A stretch of DNA of 51,436 nucleotides from Thermoplasmatales archaeon (GCA_011052825.1 DRIF01000082.1:1-51436), one strand, 5' to 3'. Counted from the first letter of the stretch, positions 17,948 to 27,645 are shown. Notes: a model not told the origin generated them from the sequence alone. A program made the numbers and translations.

Positions 17948-19399
17948 ATGGGGCGAGCACTTTCAATTTTGGTGATGGCAATTTTTTTGCTATCTTTAAA
18001 TACAAACAGTTCAAATTTTCATAATGAAAGAAATTTTTTGATGGGGATAGTTTCAAATCCAAAAAATTATCCAAATTTTACAATTGATGATATCGAAGAA
18101 GCATACAACATAACTTCAAGCGTTTGTGAATTGGTAAACTTGTGGTTTTCTGTTCCATGGTGGGAGGAAGAAGAAAAATTGTTCTCGCCTTCCACGCAGG
18201 CATTACTCAACTTAATTTATAAAGAAAAATTAACTCCAATTTTTCATACAAATTTCTGGAGTTTGCAGTATGTTGAGGGATATGGGATAGCTCCTCTGCT
18301 TGACATACCTCCAGATATGCCAGAAAATACAACGTTGGAGAGCGAAGAATTCCGCCATAGGTGGATAGAGCATGTTAGAAACATAAGCAGGGAATGGCAT
18401 CCAGCATTTTATAATATAGGAAATGAGGTTGATTTGTTTTATAATTATGAACCAAATCAGGAGGATTTTGACAATTATGTTTCCTTAGTCGCAGAATCAT
18501 ATGATGCAATAAAAAGCGTTTCTCCTCATACAAAAGTGATGGTGGTATTTAAAGTAGAGAATTTAATTGATAAAAATACATGGTTCTTAATAGATAAGTT
18601 TGATAAAAACAAAATTGACTTAATAGCATTCACAACATATCCCTATTTAATTGGCAGTTATACTCAACCTTCTGATATACCTATGAACTATTATGATGAA
18701 ATAATGCAGCATGTTGGCGGGAAGCAGGTGGCATTTACGGAAATAGGATGGAGCAGTTCTCATTTGGCAGAAGGAAATGAGAAAAAACAGGCAGATTTTT
18801 TAACATGGTTCATGGAAGCAACAGAAGATATATCTCCTGCCATAATATGCTGGCTCTTCCTGCATGATATGGCTGAAGAAGGCAAAGAAAAGAAAGCAAA
18901 TGAACTTCTTGGATTAAGGAAAATTAATGGGGAAGAAAAGCAGGTTTGGCAGAACTGGAAAAATTTGCATGATATTCCATATGAGAATAATCCTCCTTCC
19001 ATTCCCGCTAAGCCATCTGGGAGTATGGAAGGGAAAATAAACACTCCCTATACCTATTCAACCTTTTCTACAGATGAAGACAATGATTGTCTCTATTACT
19101 GCTTTGATTGGGGCGACGGGAGCAAAGAATGGATTGGTTCATTTGGGCAGGGTGAAACAATAAATGCAACACATGAATGGAAGAAAGCAGGAAATTATGT
19201 GATAAAAGTTAAAGCGAGGGATTTATATGAAGAAAGTGAGTGGAGTGAAGGCTTAATTGTGAGTATGCCTTTCTATTATTTAAATGGGATTGTGAAAATA
19301 AGCAATTATATTGAAATTTTTGGAAGAATTGTTTTATACTGTTTCTCTTATTTTGACAGCCATCCCTCTCTCAAAATCAATCATTTCTTCTCTGGTTAG
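17948..19399 (+). CDS. Secreted clan GH-A-like glycoside hydrolase with C-terminal PKD domain
   Basis: Signal peptide MGRALSILVMAIFLLSL. Candidate catalytic Glu motifs are IGNEVD and FTEIGW. PKD signature YYCFDWGDGS...HEWKKAGNYVIKVKARD. The 3' end overlaps tgtA by 66 nt. Confidence 0.5.
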   Translation: MGRALSILVMAIFLLSLNTNSSNFHNERNFLMGIVSNPKNYPNFTIDDIEEAYNITSSVCELVNLWFSVPWWEEEEKLFSPSTQALLNLIYKEKLTPIFHTNFWSLQYVEGYGIAPLLDIPPDMPENTTLESEEFRHRWIEHVRNISREWHPAFYNIGNEVDLFYNYEPNQEDFDNYVSLVAESYDAIKSVSPHTKVMVVFKVENLIDKNTWFLIDKFDKNKIDLIAFTTYPYLIGSYTQPSDIPMNYYDEIMQHVGGKQVAFTEIGWSSSHLAEGNEKKQADFLTWFMEATEDISPAIICWLFLHDMAEEGKEKKANELLGLRKINGEEKQVWQNWKNLHDIPYENNPPSIPAKPSGSMEGKINTPYTYSTFSTDEDNDCLYYCFDWGDGSKEWIGSFGQGETINATHEWKKAGNYVIKVKARDLYEESEWSEGLIVSMPFYYLNGIVKISNYIEIFGRIVLYCFSYFDSHPSLKINHFFSG

Positions 19400-21211
19400 G
19401 ATGCACTGTCCAACAGCCATTAATTCATCTCTCTCGTCAACTACCAGAACTTCATCATATGGTCTCAGTTCTTTACATGCATCAACAACAAACTTTGCAA
19501 AAACATTTTTTCCTTCCTTTATGAATAATATGCTCTCTTCTGAAACAACCACTCTCATTTTTGGATACTTAAAATATGAATGAAGTTTTTTTCCTCCCTC
19601 CGCCTTTATCGAAAAAAAACCATCTGATGCTCTCATTGAGACTACATGTTTTCCATCACAAAAAACATTTCTTATTTTTCCAGTTTTCTTTGATTTTATT
19701 ATTTTTATTCTCCCACTGAATAAAGCCTCTCCTGCTCCTCTTCCAAACTGATAGTTAGCTATGCTTTTTATTTTTCTGATGTCAAAATCTGTGCTTTTCA
19801 TATTCACTTCATCTATGCCATATGATTGGGGTATTTTAAGGTAAAATTTTCTGGTGAATTTTCTCGCCTCTTTTTCTGTTTCAATATCAACTTTTGACGG
19901 AAAAATTGATTGAGCCAGTGGATAAATTTCATCCAGTTCAATAGGTATTGCCCCAAAAAATGATTCAACTATGCAATTTGCTTCTATTTTTGTTAGCCAT
20001 TTATTTTTGCTGTAAGGTTTATTCATTTCTCCAAATATTACGCTTTTTTCAAAAAATGGTTCATACCTTTCAAGCAATCTTTTGTGGAGTCTATAAACAA
20101 TTGGGCGATGAATTGAATACGTTCCAGAATACATAAAAGCTCTTTTTTTGGAAATACTCTCCCATTTCTCCAGCCATTTCTTCTCATTTTTTATTACCTC
20201 CATTGCTTCCAGCAATGAAGGATGAGAAACTGCTCTCCTTTCAACCATCTCCCACAGATTTCCCTGTTTTATTGCCTGCTTTATTCTCCTCATTTCAGTA
20301 AATGTCTGCCATAAATTGTGCAGAGCGATTTTATTAATTCTCTCTTCCTTTTCCATCTCTTTTATCTCATCTATGGAATATTTACTACATATAGGGCAAC
20401 AGCATATCATCTCATTAATCTCGTTTATTCTCAAAGTTTTATCTGAAAAAATAAAGCGGTTATCTTTTGCATATTTGATATATGATGCAGAGTCGAATAA
20501 ATCACACCCAAGAAGTACAGCCATTGGAAATATTATTGGATGTCCCGCTCCAAATAAATGAACTGGTCTAGAAGGAGGCAATTCTTTTTTGCTTGCAATT
20601 ATTATTTCAGCTATTTCTGCATATCTCTGATTTTCCATGAGGGGGACGACACCGCCTATTGGATAAACATCTGCCCTCAGTTTTGCAAGTTTTTTTGCAC
20701 AATAATTGCGAAGTTTTCTATAGGTTCCACCTTGAACTGTGCATGCAATAAGCATTTTTCCTTTCTCTTTGATGCTTTTTTCAGCTCTTTTAATTGTTTC
20801 CTTTACTTCTTTTTCAATTTCCTCATATTCATTTTTATCAGAAAAAATATCAAGTATAGTTCCTATATCACTTCCTATATCACGCTGGAAACGGACTATA
20901 TCAGTTGCATCTATTTTTATTCCATACATATACATTTGAAATGAACCAGAATCAGTCATAATTGGTCTGTGAAAATTAAGCATGGAATGCAGTCCATTCT
21001 TCAACGCTTTCTCTCTCAATTCCTCATCATTATAAATTATATAAGAATTTGTTATTATTGCCTCCGCTCCCATTTTTACCATTTCTTGTGGATGAATTGG
21101 CATAAAATGAGGGTTTATGACAGGAAGGATTGTTGGAGTATTTATTTTCCCATGAGCTGTTTTTAAAATGCCAATTCTTGCAAGACTGTCCCTCGCTCTA
21201 ATCTCAAACAT
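19334..21211 (-). CDS. tgtA: Archaeosine tRNA-guanine transglycosylase (7-cyano-7-deazaguanine tRNA-ribosyltransferase) with C-terminal PUA domain
   Basis: FEIRARDSLARIGILKTAHGKINTPTILPV, LFGAGHP, Zn motif CCCPIC...; 625 aa length fits ArcTGT with C-terminal extensions. Confidence 0.9.
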   Translation of the reverse strand: MFEIRARDSLARIGILKTAHGKINTPTILPVINPHFMPIHPQEMVKMGAEAIITNSYIIYNDEELREKALKNGLHSMLNFHRPIMTDSGSFQMYMYGIKIDATDIVRFQRDIGSDIGTILDIFSDKNEYEEIEKEVKETIKRAEKSIKEKGKMLIACTVQGGTYRKLRNYCAKKLAKLRADVYPIGGVVPLMENQRYAEIAEIIIASKKELPPSRPVHLFGAGHPIIFPMAVLLGCDLFDSASYIKYAKDNRFIFSDKTLRINEINEMICCCPICSKYSIDEIKEMEKEERINKIALHNLWQTFTEMRRIKQAIKQGNLWEMVERRAVSHPSLLEAMEVIKNEKKWLEKWESISKKRAFMYSGTYSIHRPIVYRLHKRLLERYEPFFEKSVIFGEMNKPYSKNKWLTKIEANCIVESFFGAIPIELDEIYPLAQSIFPSKVDIETEKEARKFTRKFYLKIPQSYGIDEVNMKSTDFDIRKIKSIANYQFGRGAGEALFSGRIKIIKSKKTGKIRNVFCDGKHVVSMRASDGFFSIKAEGGKKLHSYFKYPKMRVVVSEESILFIKEGKNVFAKFVVDACKELRPYDEVLVVDERDELMAVGQCILTREEMIDFERGMAVKIRETV

Positions 21212-21329
21212 TGATGAAATAGGAAAAACATGTTATAATATTTTGCCATTTAATTTTAAATCTTCAAAAAGTTTTTATACTAAAATTTCTTTAATGTAAG
21301 ATAAGTAAGAATAATCTTTCGGTGAGGAA

Positions 21330-21560
21330 ATGAGAGGCAGATGTACAAAAATGAGAATTGTATATGGGGTTGTTACCGTGAGTGACAAGGGACAGATTGC
21401 CATTCCAGTGGATTTAAGGAAAGATTTGAATATAAACCAGGGAGATAAACTATTTGTTGTAAAAAGAAAAGATGATGCAGGGTTTGGATTGATAAAACTT
21501 GGAAAAATAGATGAATTAATGTACAAACTTCAGGAAGATGAAGAATTTTTTAAAAAATGA
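21330..21560 (+). CDS. AbrB/SpoVT-family DNA-binding protein
   Basis: VVTVSDKGQIAIPVDLRKDLNINQGDKLFVV swapped-hairpin signature. GGTGAGG lies just upstream of the ATG. Confidence 0.8.
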   Translation: MRGRCTKMRIVYGVVTVSDKGQIAIPVDLRKDLNINQGDKLFVVKRKDDAGFGLIKLGKIDELMYKLQEDEEFFKK

Positions 21561-21575
21561 AAGGAGGTGATAAAA

Positions 21576-21704
21576 GTGCCAACTTGTAAGGAATGCAGGT
21601 TTTATGAGCCAATAGATGAGATAAAAGGAAACTGCTTTGGGCATGAAGTGCCCGCAGATATGGACGTGGAAAAATGTCCAGCAAAGGCATTCCAGCCTAA
21701 GTAA
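21576..21704 (+). CDS. Unlisted 42-aa four-cysteine mini-protein
   Basis: AGGAGGTGA Shine-Dalgarno 5 nt before GTG 21576. Hand translation: MPTCKECRFYEPIDEIKGNCFGHEVPADMDVEKCPAKAFQPK*. It fills the gap between the AbrB and HEAT genes and falls below the ORF-track size cutoff. Confidence 0.45.
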   Translation: MPTCKECRFYEPIDEIKGNCFGHEVPADMDVEKCPAKAFQPK

Positions 21705-21716
21705 TAGGTTGAAAAA

Positions 21717-22229
21717 ATGTTAATAGAAAGAATACTCAAATCAAAGAGAAAACCAAAAGAGATAGTTGAACTTTTGGCTGAGGAATTGAAAAACAATAAG
21801 GAGTTGATTGATGAACTCATTCAATTTTTTGAAAATGGAACTATTGCAGAAAAAGGCAATTGCATGGAAGCAATAGAATATGTTACCAAAGAAAATCCTG
21901 AGTTTGCTGAAAACTGCATTAATTTTGTCATTTTTCATATAAATGACAAAGCATCCAGAGTGAAATGGGAAGCTTGCAGGATAATAGGTAACGTTGCCAA
22001 AAATTTTCCAGATAAAGTTAAAGAAGCTATTCCAAAACTTTTAGAAAATGCACAAGATAAGAGTACAGTTGTGAGATGGAGCTCAGCTTTTGCTTTGACT
22101 GAAATTGCAAAAAGCGATTCAGAAATACAAGAAAAACTTATTCCAGAATTTAGGAAAATAGTGAAAAGGGAAACCAATAATGGAGTGAGAAACATTTACT
22201 TGAAATATCTTAAGGATGCTGAACTATGA
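21717..22229 (+). CDS. HEAT-repeat protein
   Basis: Repeated helical units with VKWEACRIIGNVA and VRWSSAFALTEIA HEAT-like signatures. Confidence 0.55.
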   Translation: MLIERILKSKRKPKEIVELLAEELKNNKELIDELIQFFENGTIAEKGNCMEAIEYVTKENPEFAENCINFVIFHINDKASRVKWEACRIIGNVAKNFPDKVKEAIPKLLENAQDKSTVVRWSSAFALTEIAKSDSEIQEKLIPEFRKIVKRETNNGVRNIYLKYLKDAEL

Positions 22230-22519
22230 TATATGATGTTAGAGATATAATTGAAAAAGGCATTTGCTCCTTTAATGATGCTCTCTCTGAAATAAGGAAA
22301 CTTGCATCCACCGATAATTGGAAAAAGAGAGAGGATAAAATTATCAAGGAAATAATAATCTGGGCTTATAATGAAGAGCCAAATATTCGTAGCACTACTA
22401 TTGAAAGTTTAAGGGGTTTAGCAATAAGAGATCCAGATAATTGCCAGAGGGACAACAAGAAAAAATTAAAATTTTTAATTGGTGAGTATAAATGGTTAAT
22501 GAAGAGGAAGAAGAATTAA
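22226..22519 (+). CDS. Hypothetical protein (helical, HEAT-like segment)
   Basis: 4-nt overlap with the upstream gene. NIRSTTIESLRGLAIRD resembles a single HEAT unit. Confidence 0.35.
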   Translation: MIYDVRDIIEKGICSFNDALSEIRKLASTDNWKKREDKIIKEIIIWAYNEEPNIRSTTIESLRGLAIRDPDNCQRDNKKKLKFLIGEYKWLMKRKKN

Positions 22520-22932
22520 CTGCATACTGCGGGCTTTATTGTGGCGATTGCTTTTTCTATAAAGGAGAGATTGCTAATCTGGCTAGGGATTTGAGAAAGA
22601 AATTGAGGGAGGCAAAAATTAATAAAACTTATGAGGAGTTTTCTAAATTTGCGAGAGAATTCAAGGATTATCCAACGTGTTATAAAGTACTGGGAGCAAT
22701 GGTGAAGATGCAATGTAAAGGGTGCAGAAATGGAGGAGGACCACCATTTTGCAAAATAAGAAAATGTTGCCAGAAAAGAGAATATGAAGGATGCTGGGAA
22801 TGTTATGAATTTGAAGTATGCAGAAAACTTGATTTTCTGAAACCCAATCATGGGGATGCACACATCAAAAACCTGAGAAAGATAAAGAAGCAAGGAATTA
22901 AATCCTTTGTGGAGGGTAAGAGATATTGGTGA
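22492..22932 (+). CDS. Cys-rich DUF3795-type protein
   Basis: YCGLYCGDCFFYKG start motif and a second cluster CKGCRNGGGPPFCKIRKCC...CWEC. Confidence 0.65.
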   Translation: MVNEEEEELTAYCGLYCGDCFFYKGEIANLARDLRKKLREAKINKTYEEFSKFAREFKDYPTCYKVLGAMVKMQCKGCRNGGGPPFCKIRKCCQKREYEGCWECYEFEVCRKLDFLKPNHGDAHIKNLRKIKKQGIKSFVEGKRYW

Positions 22933-23825
22933 ATAAAATGGTAAATGAAATTCAAGTGAAGTCAATCCTGAACAAACATAGGAAGAGAGATGATTGGTTC
23001 CTGGACGATTATTCAGTAAATCCTTATTCAGGTTGTTCATTTAATTGCATTTATTGTTATATTAGGGGGAGCAAATATGGAGAGAATATGACAAAAACAT
23101 TATCTGTAAAAATAAATGCTCCAGAACTTATGGAAAGGCAACTTTCGAAAAGGGCAAAGAAAGGGGAGTATGGAATTATTGCTGTATCCTCTGCTACAGA
23201 ACCATATATGCCAATTGAGGGAAAATATAAACTTACTCGAAAGATTTTTGAGACAATTTTGAAATACAAATTTCCTGTTGAGGTGGCAACGAAGTCCAAA
23301 CTTGTTCTGAGAGATTTGAATATACTAAAAGAAATTGATGAGAATGCAATTTTACCTGATGATTTAAAACCAAAACTGAAACATGGAGTAATTATTTCCT
23401 TTTCCATTTCAACTTTAGATGAAAAATTGGCTAAGTTTGTTGAACCAGGAGCACCAAAACCAATAGAAAGATTAAAAACAATGAGAAAATGCAAAGAAGA
23501 AGGATTTTTTACAGGTGTCTGTTTCATTCCTGTATTGCCATTTTTATCTGACTCGAGTGAGCAACTTGAGGAAACTATAAGAACTGTAAAAGAATATGGA
23601 GCAGATTTTATTTTTGTTGGTGGTTTGACTTTGTTTGGGAAAGGACCAGCAGACAGTAAAACTCTCTATTTCAAATTTTTAGAAAAACATTATCCAGAAC
23701 TTCTGCCTAAATACAAGGAACTTTACAGAATCTTTTTTTCTCCTCCAAAAGAATATCAGAGAGAAATTGAAGAAAAATCAAAGAGATTATGCGAGAAATA
23801 CGGAATTAAAAACAGAATTGTCTGA
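22926..23825 (+). CDS. Radical SAM protein (SplB/COG1533-like)
   Basis: NPYSGCSFNCIYCYI (CxxxCxxC) near the N-terminus. 299 aa. Confidence 0.8.
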   Translation: MVNKMVNEIQVKSILNKHRKRDDWFLDDYSVNPYSGCSFNCIYCYIRGSKYGENMTKTLSVKINAPELMERQLSKRAKKGEYGIIAVSSATEPYMPIEGKYKLTRKIFETILKYKFPVEVATKSKLVLRDLNILKEIDENAILPDDLKPKLKHGVIISFSISTLDEKLAKFVEPGAPKPIERLKTMRKCKEEGFFTGVCFIPVLPFLSDSSEQLEETIRTVKEYGADFIFVGGLTLFGKGPADSKTLYFKFLEKHYPELLPKYKELYRIFFSPPKEYQREIEEKSKRLCEKYGIKNRIV

Positions 23826-23869
23826 GAAATTCTTCCAATAAATTAATAAATTATTTCATATTTTCCCTC

Positions 23870-25399
23870 ATGCTGAATGCAGTTGGGAGAGAATTGCCAG
23901 AGGAAATAAATGGAAGAAAATTAAAACCATATAAAGGACCTTTTTCTTTTAAGCCAGAAGGAAGGAGATATGCTCCTCCTCTAAAAGCAGTTTTTCCAGA
24001 CGAAAAAAAAGTTCTTCCATCAATAAAGGATGCAATTAAGAAAACTGGATTGGAGGATGGAATGACTATATCCTTTCATCATCATTTGAGAAATGGAGAT
24101 TATGTAATAAATAAGGTTTTAAATGAAATTGCAAAGATGGGAATAAAGGATATAAAGCTTGCCCCAACTGCTCTCTTCCCTGTTCATGAACCTGTAATTG
24201 AGCATATAAAAAATGGGGTTGTAACATCAATAGAAGGTAGTTTGAATGGTCCAGTTGGTGAATATGTTTCCAAACATGGAATGAAAAATCCTGTTATATT
24301 GCGTAGTCATGGGGGAAGAGCAAGAGCGGTAAGATGTGGAGAACTTCACATAGATGTTGCATTTATATCTGCATCAATAGCAGATGAATATGGCAATTGC
24401 AACGGAATGATGGGCAAATCAGCTTTTGGAGCAATTGGATTTGCATATGCAGATGCATTTCATGCAGATAATGTTGTTGTTGTTACAGACAATTTGCAAC
24501 CATATCCAGTTTCTCCCATTTCAATTCCACAAATATATGTTGATTATGTGGTTGAAATAGATTCAATAGGAGATCCTTCTGGCATACAAACAGGAACAAT
24601 GCAGATAACAAAAAGTCCGTCGCGCCTTAACATTGCAAAAAATGTTGTTGAATTTCTGGCAAAAGCAGGCATAATAAAAGACGGATTCTCCTTTCAGGCG
24701 GGGGCGGGAGGAACAAGCCTGGCGGTAACAAAGTTTTTGCATGATTATATGAAGAAAAATGGGATAGTCGGCGATTTTGTCATGGGTGGGATAACTGGAT
24801 TTGTTGTTGACATGCTTCATGATGGAACCATAAGGAAAATTTTGGATGGGCAGAGTTTTGATTTGAGAGCTGTTGAATCAATGGCAAATGATGCAGACCA
24901 TGTGGAAGTTTCCCATATAATGTTTGGAGACCCTCATACGTGTGGTTGTGTAGTTAATAGACAAAATGCATGCTTTTTAGGGGCAACAGAAGTTGATATA
25001 AATTTCAATATAAATGTGAACACTCACTCAGATGGATTGCTGTTGCATGGTATCGGAGGGCATCAGGATGCAGCTGCAGGGAGTGATATTACTGTTATAA
25101 CAATCCCACTTTTGAGAGGAAGATTGCCAGTTATAAGGGAAGAAGTTACAACAGTTTCAACTCCTCATCATACTGTTGATGTTGTTGTTACAGATGCAGG
25201 TATAGCAGTTAATCCACAGAGAGAGGATTTGATTGAAGCGGTAAAAGGAAAGATTGACATAGTCGATATTGAAGACTTGTATAAGAAGGCAAAAAATCTG
25301 GTTGGCGAACCTAAGCCACCAGAATTTGATGATGAAATTGTTGCTATCGTGGAATATAGAGATGGAACTGTTCTTGATGTTGTAAGGAGGTTAAAATGA
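23870..25399 (+). CDS. citF: Citrate lyase alpha-subunit-like CoA transferase (CitF family)
   Basis: DGMTISFHHHLRNGDYV, IEHIKNGVVT and HGGRARAV..GELHIDVAFISAS..DEYGNCNG match the CitF pattern. 509 aa. Confidence 0.75.
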   Translation: MLNAVGRELPEEINGRKLKPYKGPFSFKPEGRRYAPPLKAVFPDEKKVLPSIKDAIKKTGLEDGMTISFHHHLRNGDYVINKVLNEIAKMGIKDIKLAPTALFPVHEPVIEHIKNGVVTSIEGSLNGPVGEYVSKHGMKNPVILRSHGGRARAVRCGELHIDVAFISASIADEYGNCNGMMGKSAFGAIGFAYADAFHADNVVVVTDNLQPYPVSPISIPQIYVDYVVEIDSIGDPSGIQTGTMQITKSPSRLNIAKNVVEFLAKAGIIKDGFSFQAGAGGTSLAVTKFLHDYMKKNGIVGDFVMGGITGFVVDMLHDGTIRKILDGQSFDLRAVESMANDADHVEVSHIMFGDPHTCGCVVNRQNACFLGATEVDINFNINVNTHSDGLLLHGIGGHQDAAAGSDITVITIPLLRGRLPVIREEVTTVSTPHHTVDVVVTDAGIAVNPQREDLIEAVKGKIDIVDIEDLYKKAKNLVGEPKPPEFDDEIVAIVEYRDGTVLDVVRRLK

Positions 25400-26571
25400 C
25401 GCTTGCAGAAGAAATTTTATCTGAAAAAAGTGGAATGAAGGTTGAGGCGGGAGATATTGTTGAAGCAACTGTTGACAAAGCAATGAGCCATGATAATGCT
25501 GCTTTGGTTATAAAAAAATTTGAGGAAATTGGCTTGCCTTTAAAAATTCCAGAAAAAATTGTTATTATTCTTGACCACAGAGTTCCAGCAAATACAATAA
25601 AAACTGCGGAAAATCATAAAATAATAAGGGAATTTGTCAAAAAAAATGGAATAAAAAATTTTTATGATATAAATCATGGAATATGTCATCAGGTGATGAT
25701 TGAGAAAGGACATGCTCAAGAAGGGATGCTAATTGTTGGAACAGATAGCCATACAACCAGTTATGGGGCATTGAATGCTTTTTCAACAGGGATAGGGGCA
25801 ACAGAAATGGCTTCTGTATGGGCAACTGGTAAGATATGGCTTAAGGTGCCAAAAACATACAGAATAGAGGTTAATGGAAATCTTCCGGAAATGGTTTTTG
25901 CAAAAGATATAATTTTGCATATAATTGGACATTTGAAATCAGATGGAGCAAATTACAAAGCTTGCGAGTTTCATGGAATTGTTAAGAAAATGTCTCTGGC
26001 AGATAAAATAACAATTGCCAACATGTCAATGGAAATGGGAGCAAAAACAGCTTTTTTTGGCGGAGGGGATGGCATATATGAAAAAAATTTTGAATTTGAT
26101 ATAAGCGAACTTTCTCCTCAAATAGCTTGTCCCCATACTGTTGATAATGTTAAAAATATAGAAGATGTTGAGGGAAAGGAAATAAATCAAGCAGTTCTCG
26201 GCTCATGCACAAATGGAAGGATAGAAGATTTAAGAGTATCTGCAAAAATTTTGAAGGGGAGGAAAGTGAAAAAGAGCGTTAGATTTCTCATATTCCCTGC
26301 TTCAATGAAAATATATAGGCAAGCTCTAGAAGAAGGTTTGATAAAAATATTTGTTGATTCAGGGGGGGTTGTAATGAATCCAGGATGCGGATGTTGTTTG
26401 GGTGCTCATGAGGGAATTCTCGCTGAAAACGAAATTGCAATAACTTCAACAAATAGAAATTTCAGGGGGAGAATGGGCTCAAAAAATTCTGAGATATATC
26501 TTGCCTCACCAGCAACTGTAACAGCAAGTGCAATAGAGGGAAAAATAGCAGACCCAAGAAAATTTTCATAA
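25396..26571 (+). CDS. Aconitase-family dehydratase large subunit (LeuC/HacA type)
   Basis: GTDSHTT, GSCTNGRIEDL and NPGCGCCLG Fe-S ligand motifs. ATGA overlap with the citF-like gene. No small (LeuD-like) subunit follows. Confidence 0.8.
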   Translation: MTLAEEILSEKSGMKVEAGDIVEATVDKAMSHDNAALVIKKFEEIGLPLKIPEKIVIILDHRVPANTIKTAENHKIIREFVKKNGIKNFYDINHGICHQVMIEKGHAQEGMLIVGTDSHTTSYGALNAFSTGIGATEMASVWATGKIWLKVPKTYRIEVNGNLPEMVFAKDIILHIIGHLKSDGANYKACEFHGIVKKMSLADKITIANMSMEMGAKTAFFGGGDGIYEKNFEFDISELSPQIACPHTVDNVKNIEDVEGKEINQAVLGSCTNGRIEDLRVSAKILKGRKVKKSVRFLIFPASMKIYRQALEEGLIKIFVDSGGVVMNPGCGCCLGAHEGILAENEIAITSTNRNFRGRMGSKNSEIYLASPATVTASAIEGKIADPRKFS

Positions 26572-26607
26572 GGCAAAATATTTAGATTTATTTTTAATTC
26601 AAAAAGG

Positions 26608-27228
26608 ATGGCATCAATATTCATTCTGTTAATATTTGCGTTCCTGTTCTATCTAATTTATTTACTCATATATTCTGCATTTGAAGAGGTTGGATTCAAG
26701 AGATGGGAGGCAAGTTTAATTGTTTTCAGTTGCATAATATTTGGATACAACATATTTGATATCCCTCTTTTCTCATATGGAAACTGGATTATTGCAATAA
26801 ATATTGGAGGTGCTCTCCTGCCTATTCTAATAAGCATGTATCTGATTTTTTCAAGGAAGGTGGCTTTAAGAAGTTTTTTGGGAATGATAATTGTTGCCTA
26901 TTTTGCATATAATGTTACTTATGTAACAAGAAAGGGAATTGTATCAGATTTTCCATACTGGCTAATTCCCCCTGTTGTTGCGAGCATATATTCTGTGTTG
27001 ACTGGATTAAAAAGCAAGAAAAAATCAGCATCAGTTGCATATTCTTCAGGTACAATTGGAGTTCTTATAGGTGCAGATTTATTTCATCTGAAAGAGCTTT
27101 TAAAAATAGAAGTTGGTAAAACAACTGTTGCAAGCATAGGGGGTGCTTCAATACTTGATATGGTTTTTCTGACGGGGGTGATTGCTGTTTTGATTGATGC
27201 AATCCTTTATGGAAAGGAGGAAAAATAG
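26608..27228 (+). CDS. Integral membrane protein (DUF1614-like)
   Basis: Polytopic hydrophobic profile. The family assignment is from memory of archaeal DUF1614 proteins. Confidence 0.5.
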   Translation: MASIFILLIFAFLFYLIYLLIYSAFEEVGFKRWEASLIVFSCIIFGYNIFDIPLFSYGNWIIAINIGGALLPILISMYLIFSRKVALRSFLGMIIVAYFAYNVTYVTRKGIVSDFPYWLIPPVVASIYSVLTGLKSKKKSASVAYSSGTIGVLIGADLFHLKELLKIEVGKTTVASIGGASILDMVFLTGVIAVLIDAILYGKEEK

Positions 27229-27282
27229 GGTTATTGAAACTTTTAGAAAAATTTATTAGCCTTTTATAATATTTTTGACAAC

Positions 27283-27645
27283 ATGAAAAAAGATGATTAT
27301 AAAAGATTGCTTGGCGACTTGGAGGCGGAGGCAGACATTGAAGGAAGTTGTATAGTGTCGAGAGATGGGATGTTAATACATTCAAAAACAAAGGATATAC
27401 ATCCAGAAACTTTTGCAGCAATGTCTGCAACTCTTTTAAGTTCTGCTGAAGTTGCAATGGATGAAATAAAAGGGGGAGTGCCAAAAAAAGTTGTTGTTGA
27501 TGGAAAGAATAAAAAAATAATTGTTGTTGGCGCTGGACCAAATGCTTTGCTTGCTGTAATAACCTCTGCAAACAAGAGCGATGTTTATGATGTAATAGAA
27601 AAATCTGCAAAAAAAATTGGGGATTTTTTGAGTGAGAAAAAATGA
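27283..27645 (+). CDS. Roadblock/LC7 (MglB-like) domain protein
   Basis: 120 aa. IEGSCIVSRDGMLIHS...AAMSATLLSSAE...VVVDGKNKKIIVV pattern of Roadblock/LC7. Confidence 0.8.
   Translation: MKKDDYKRLLGDLEAEADIEGSCIVSRDGMLIHSKTKDIHPETFAAMSATLLSSAEVAMDEIKGGVPKKVVVDGKNKKIIVVGAGPNALLAVITSANKSDVYDVIEKSAKKIGDFLSEKK

Noticed and set aside
22516-23527. Minus-strand ORFs 22516..23040 and 23057..23527
   Set aside because: They are antisense shadows of the DUF3795 and radical SAM genes, which carry clear Cys motifs. The minus-strand ORFs have no recognisable motifs of their own.
27065-27610. 181-aa Q/L-rich ORF on the minus strand
   Set aside because: It is antisense to the DUF1614 and Roadblock genes. 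Its low-complexity composition is typical of shadow ORFs in AT-rich DNA.
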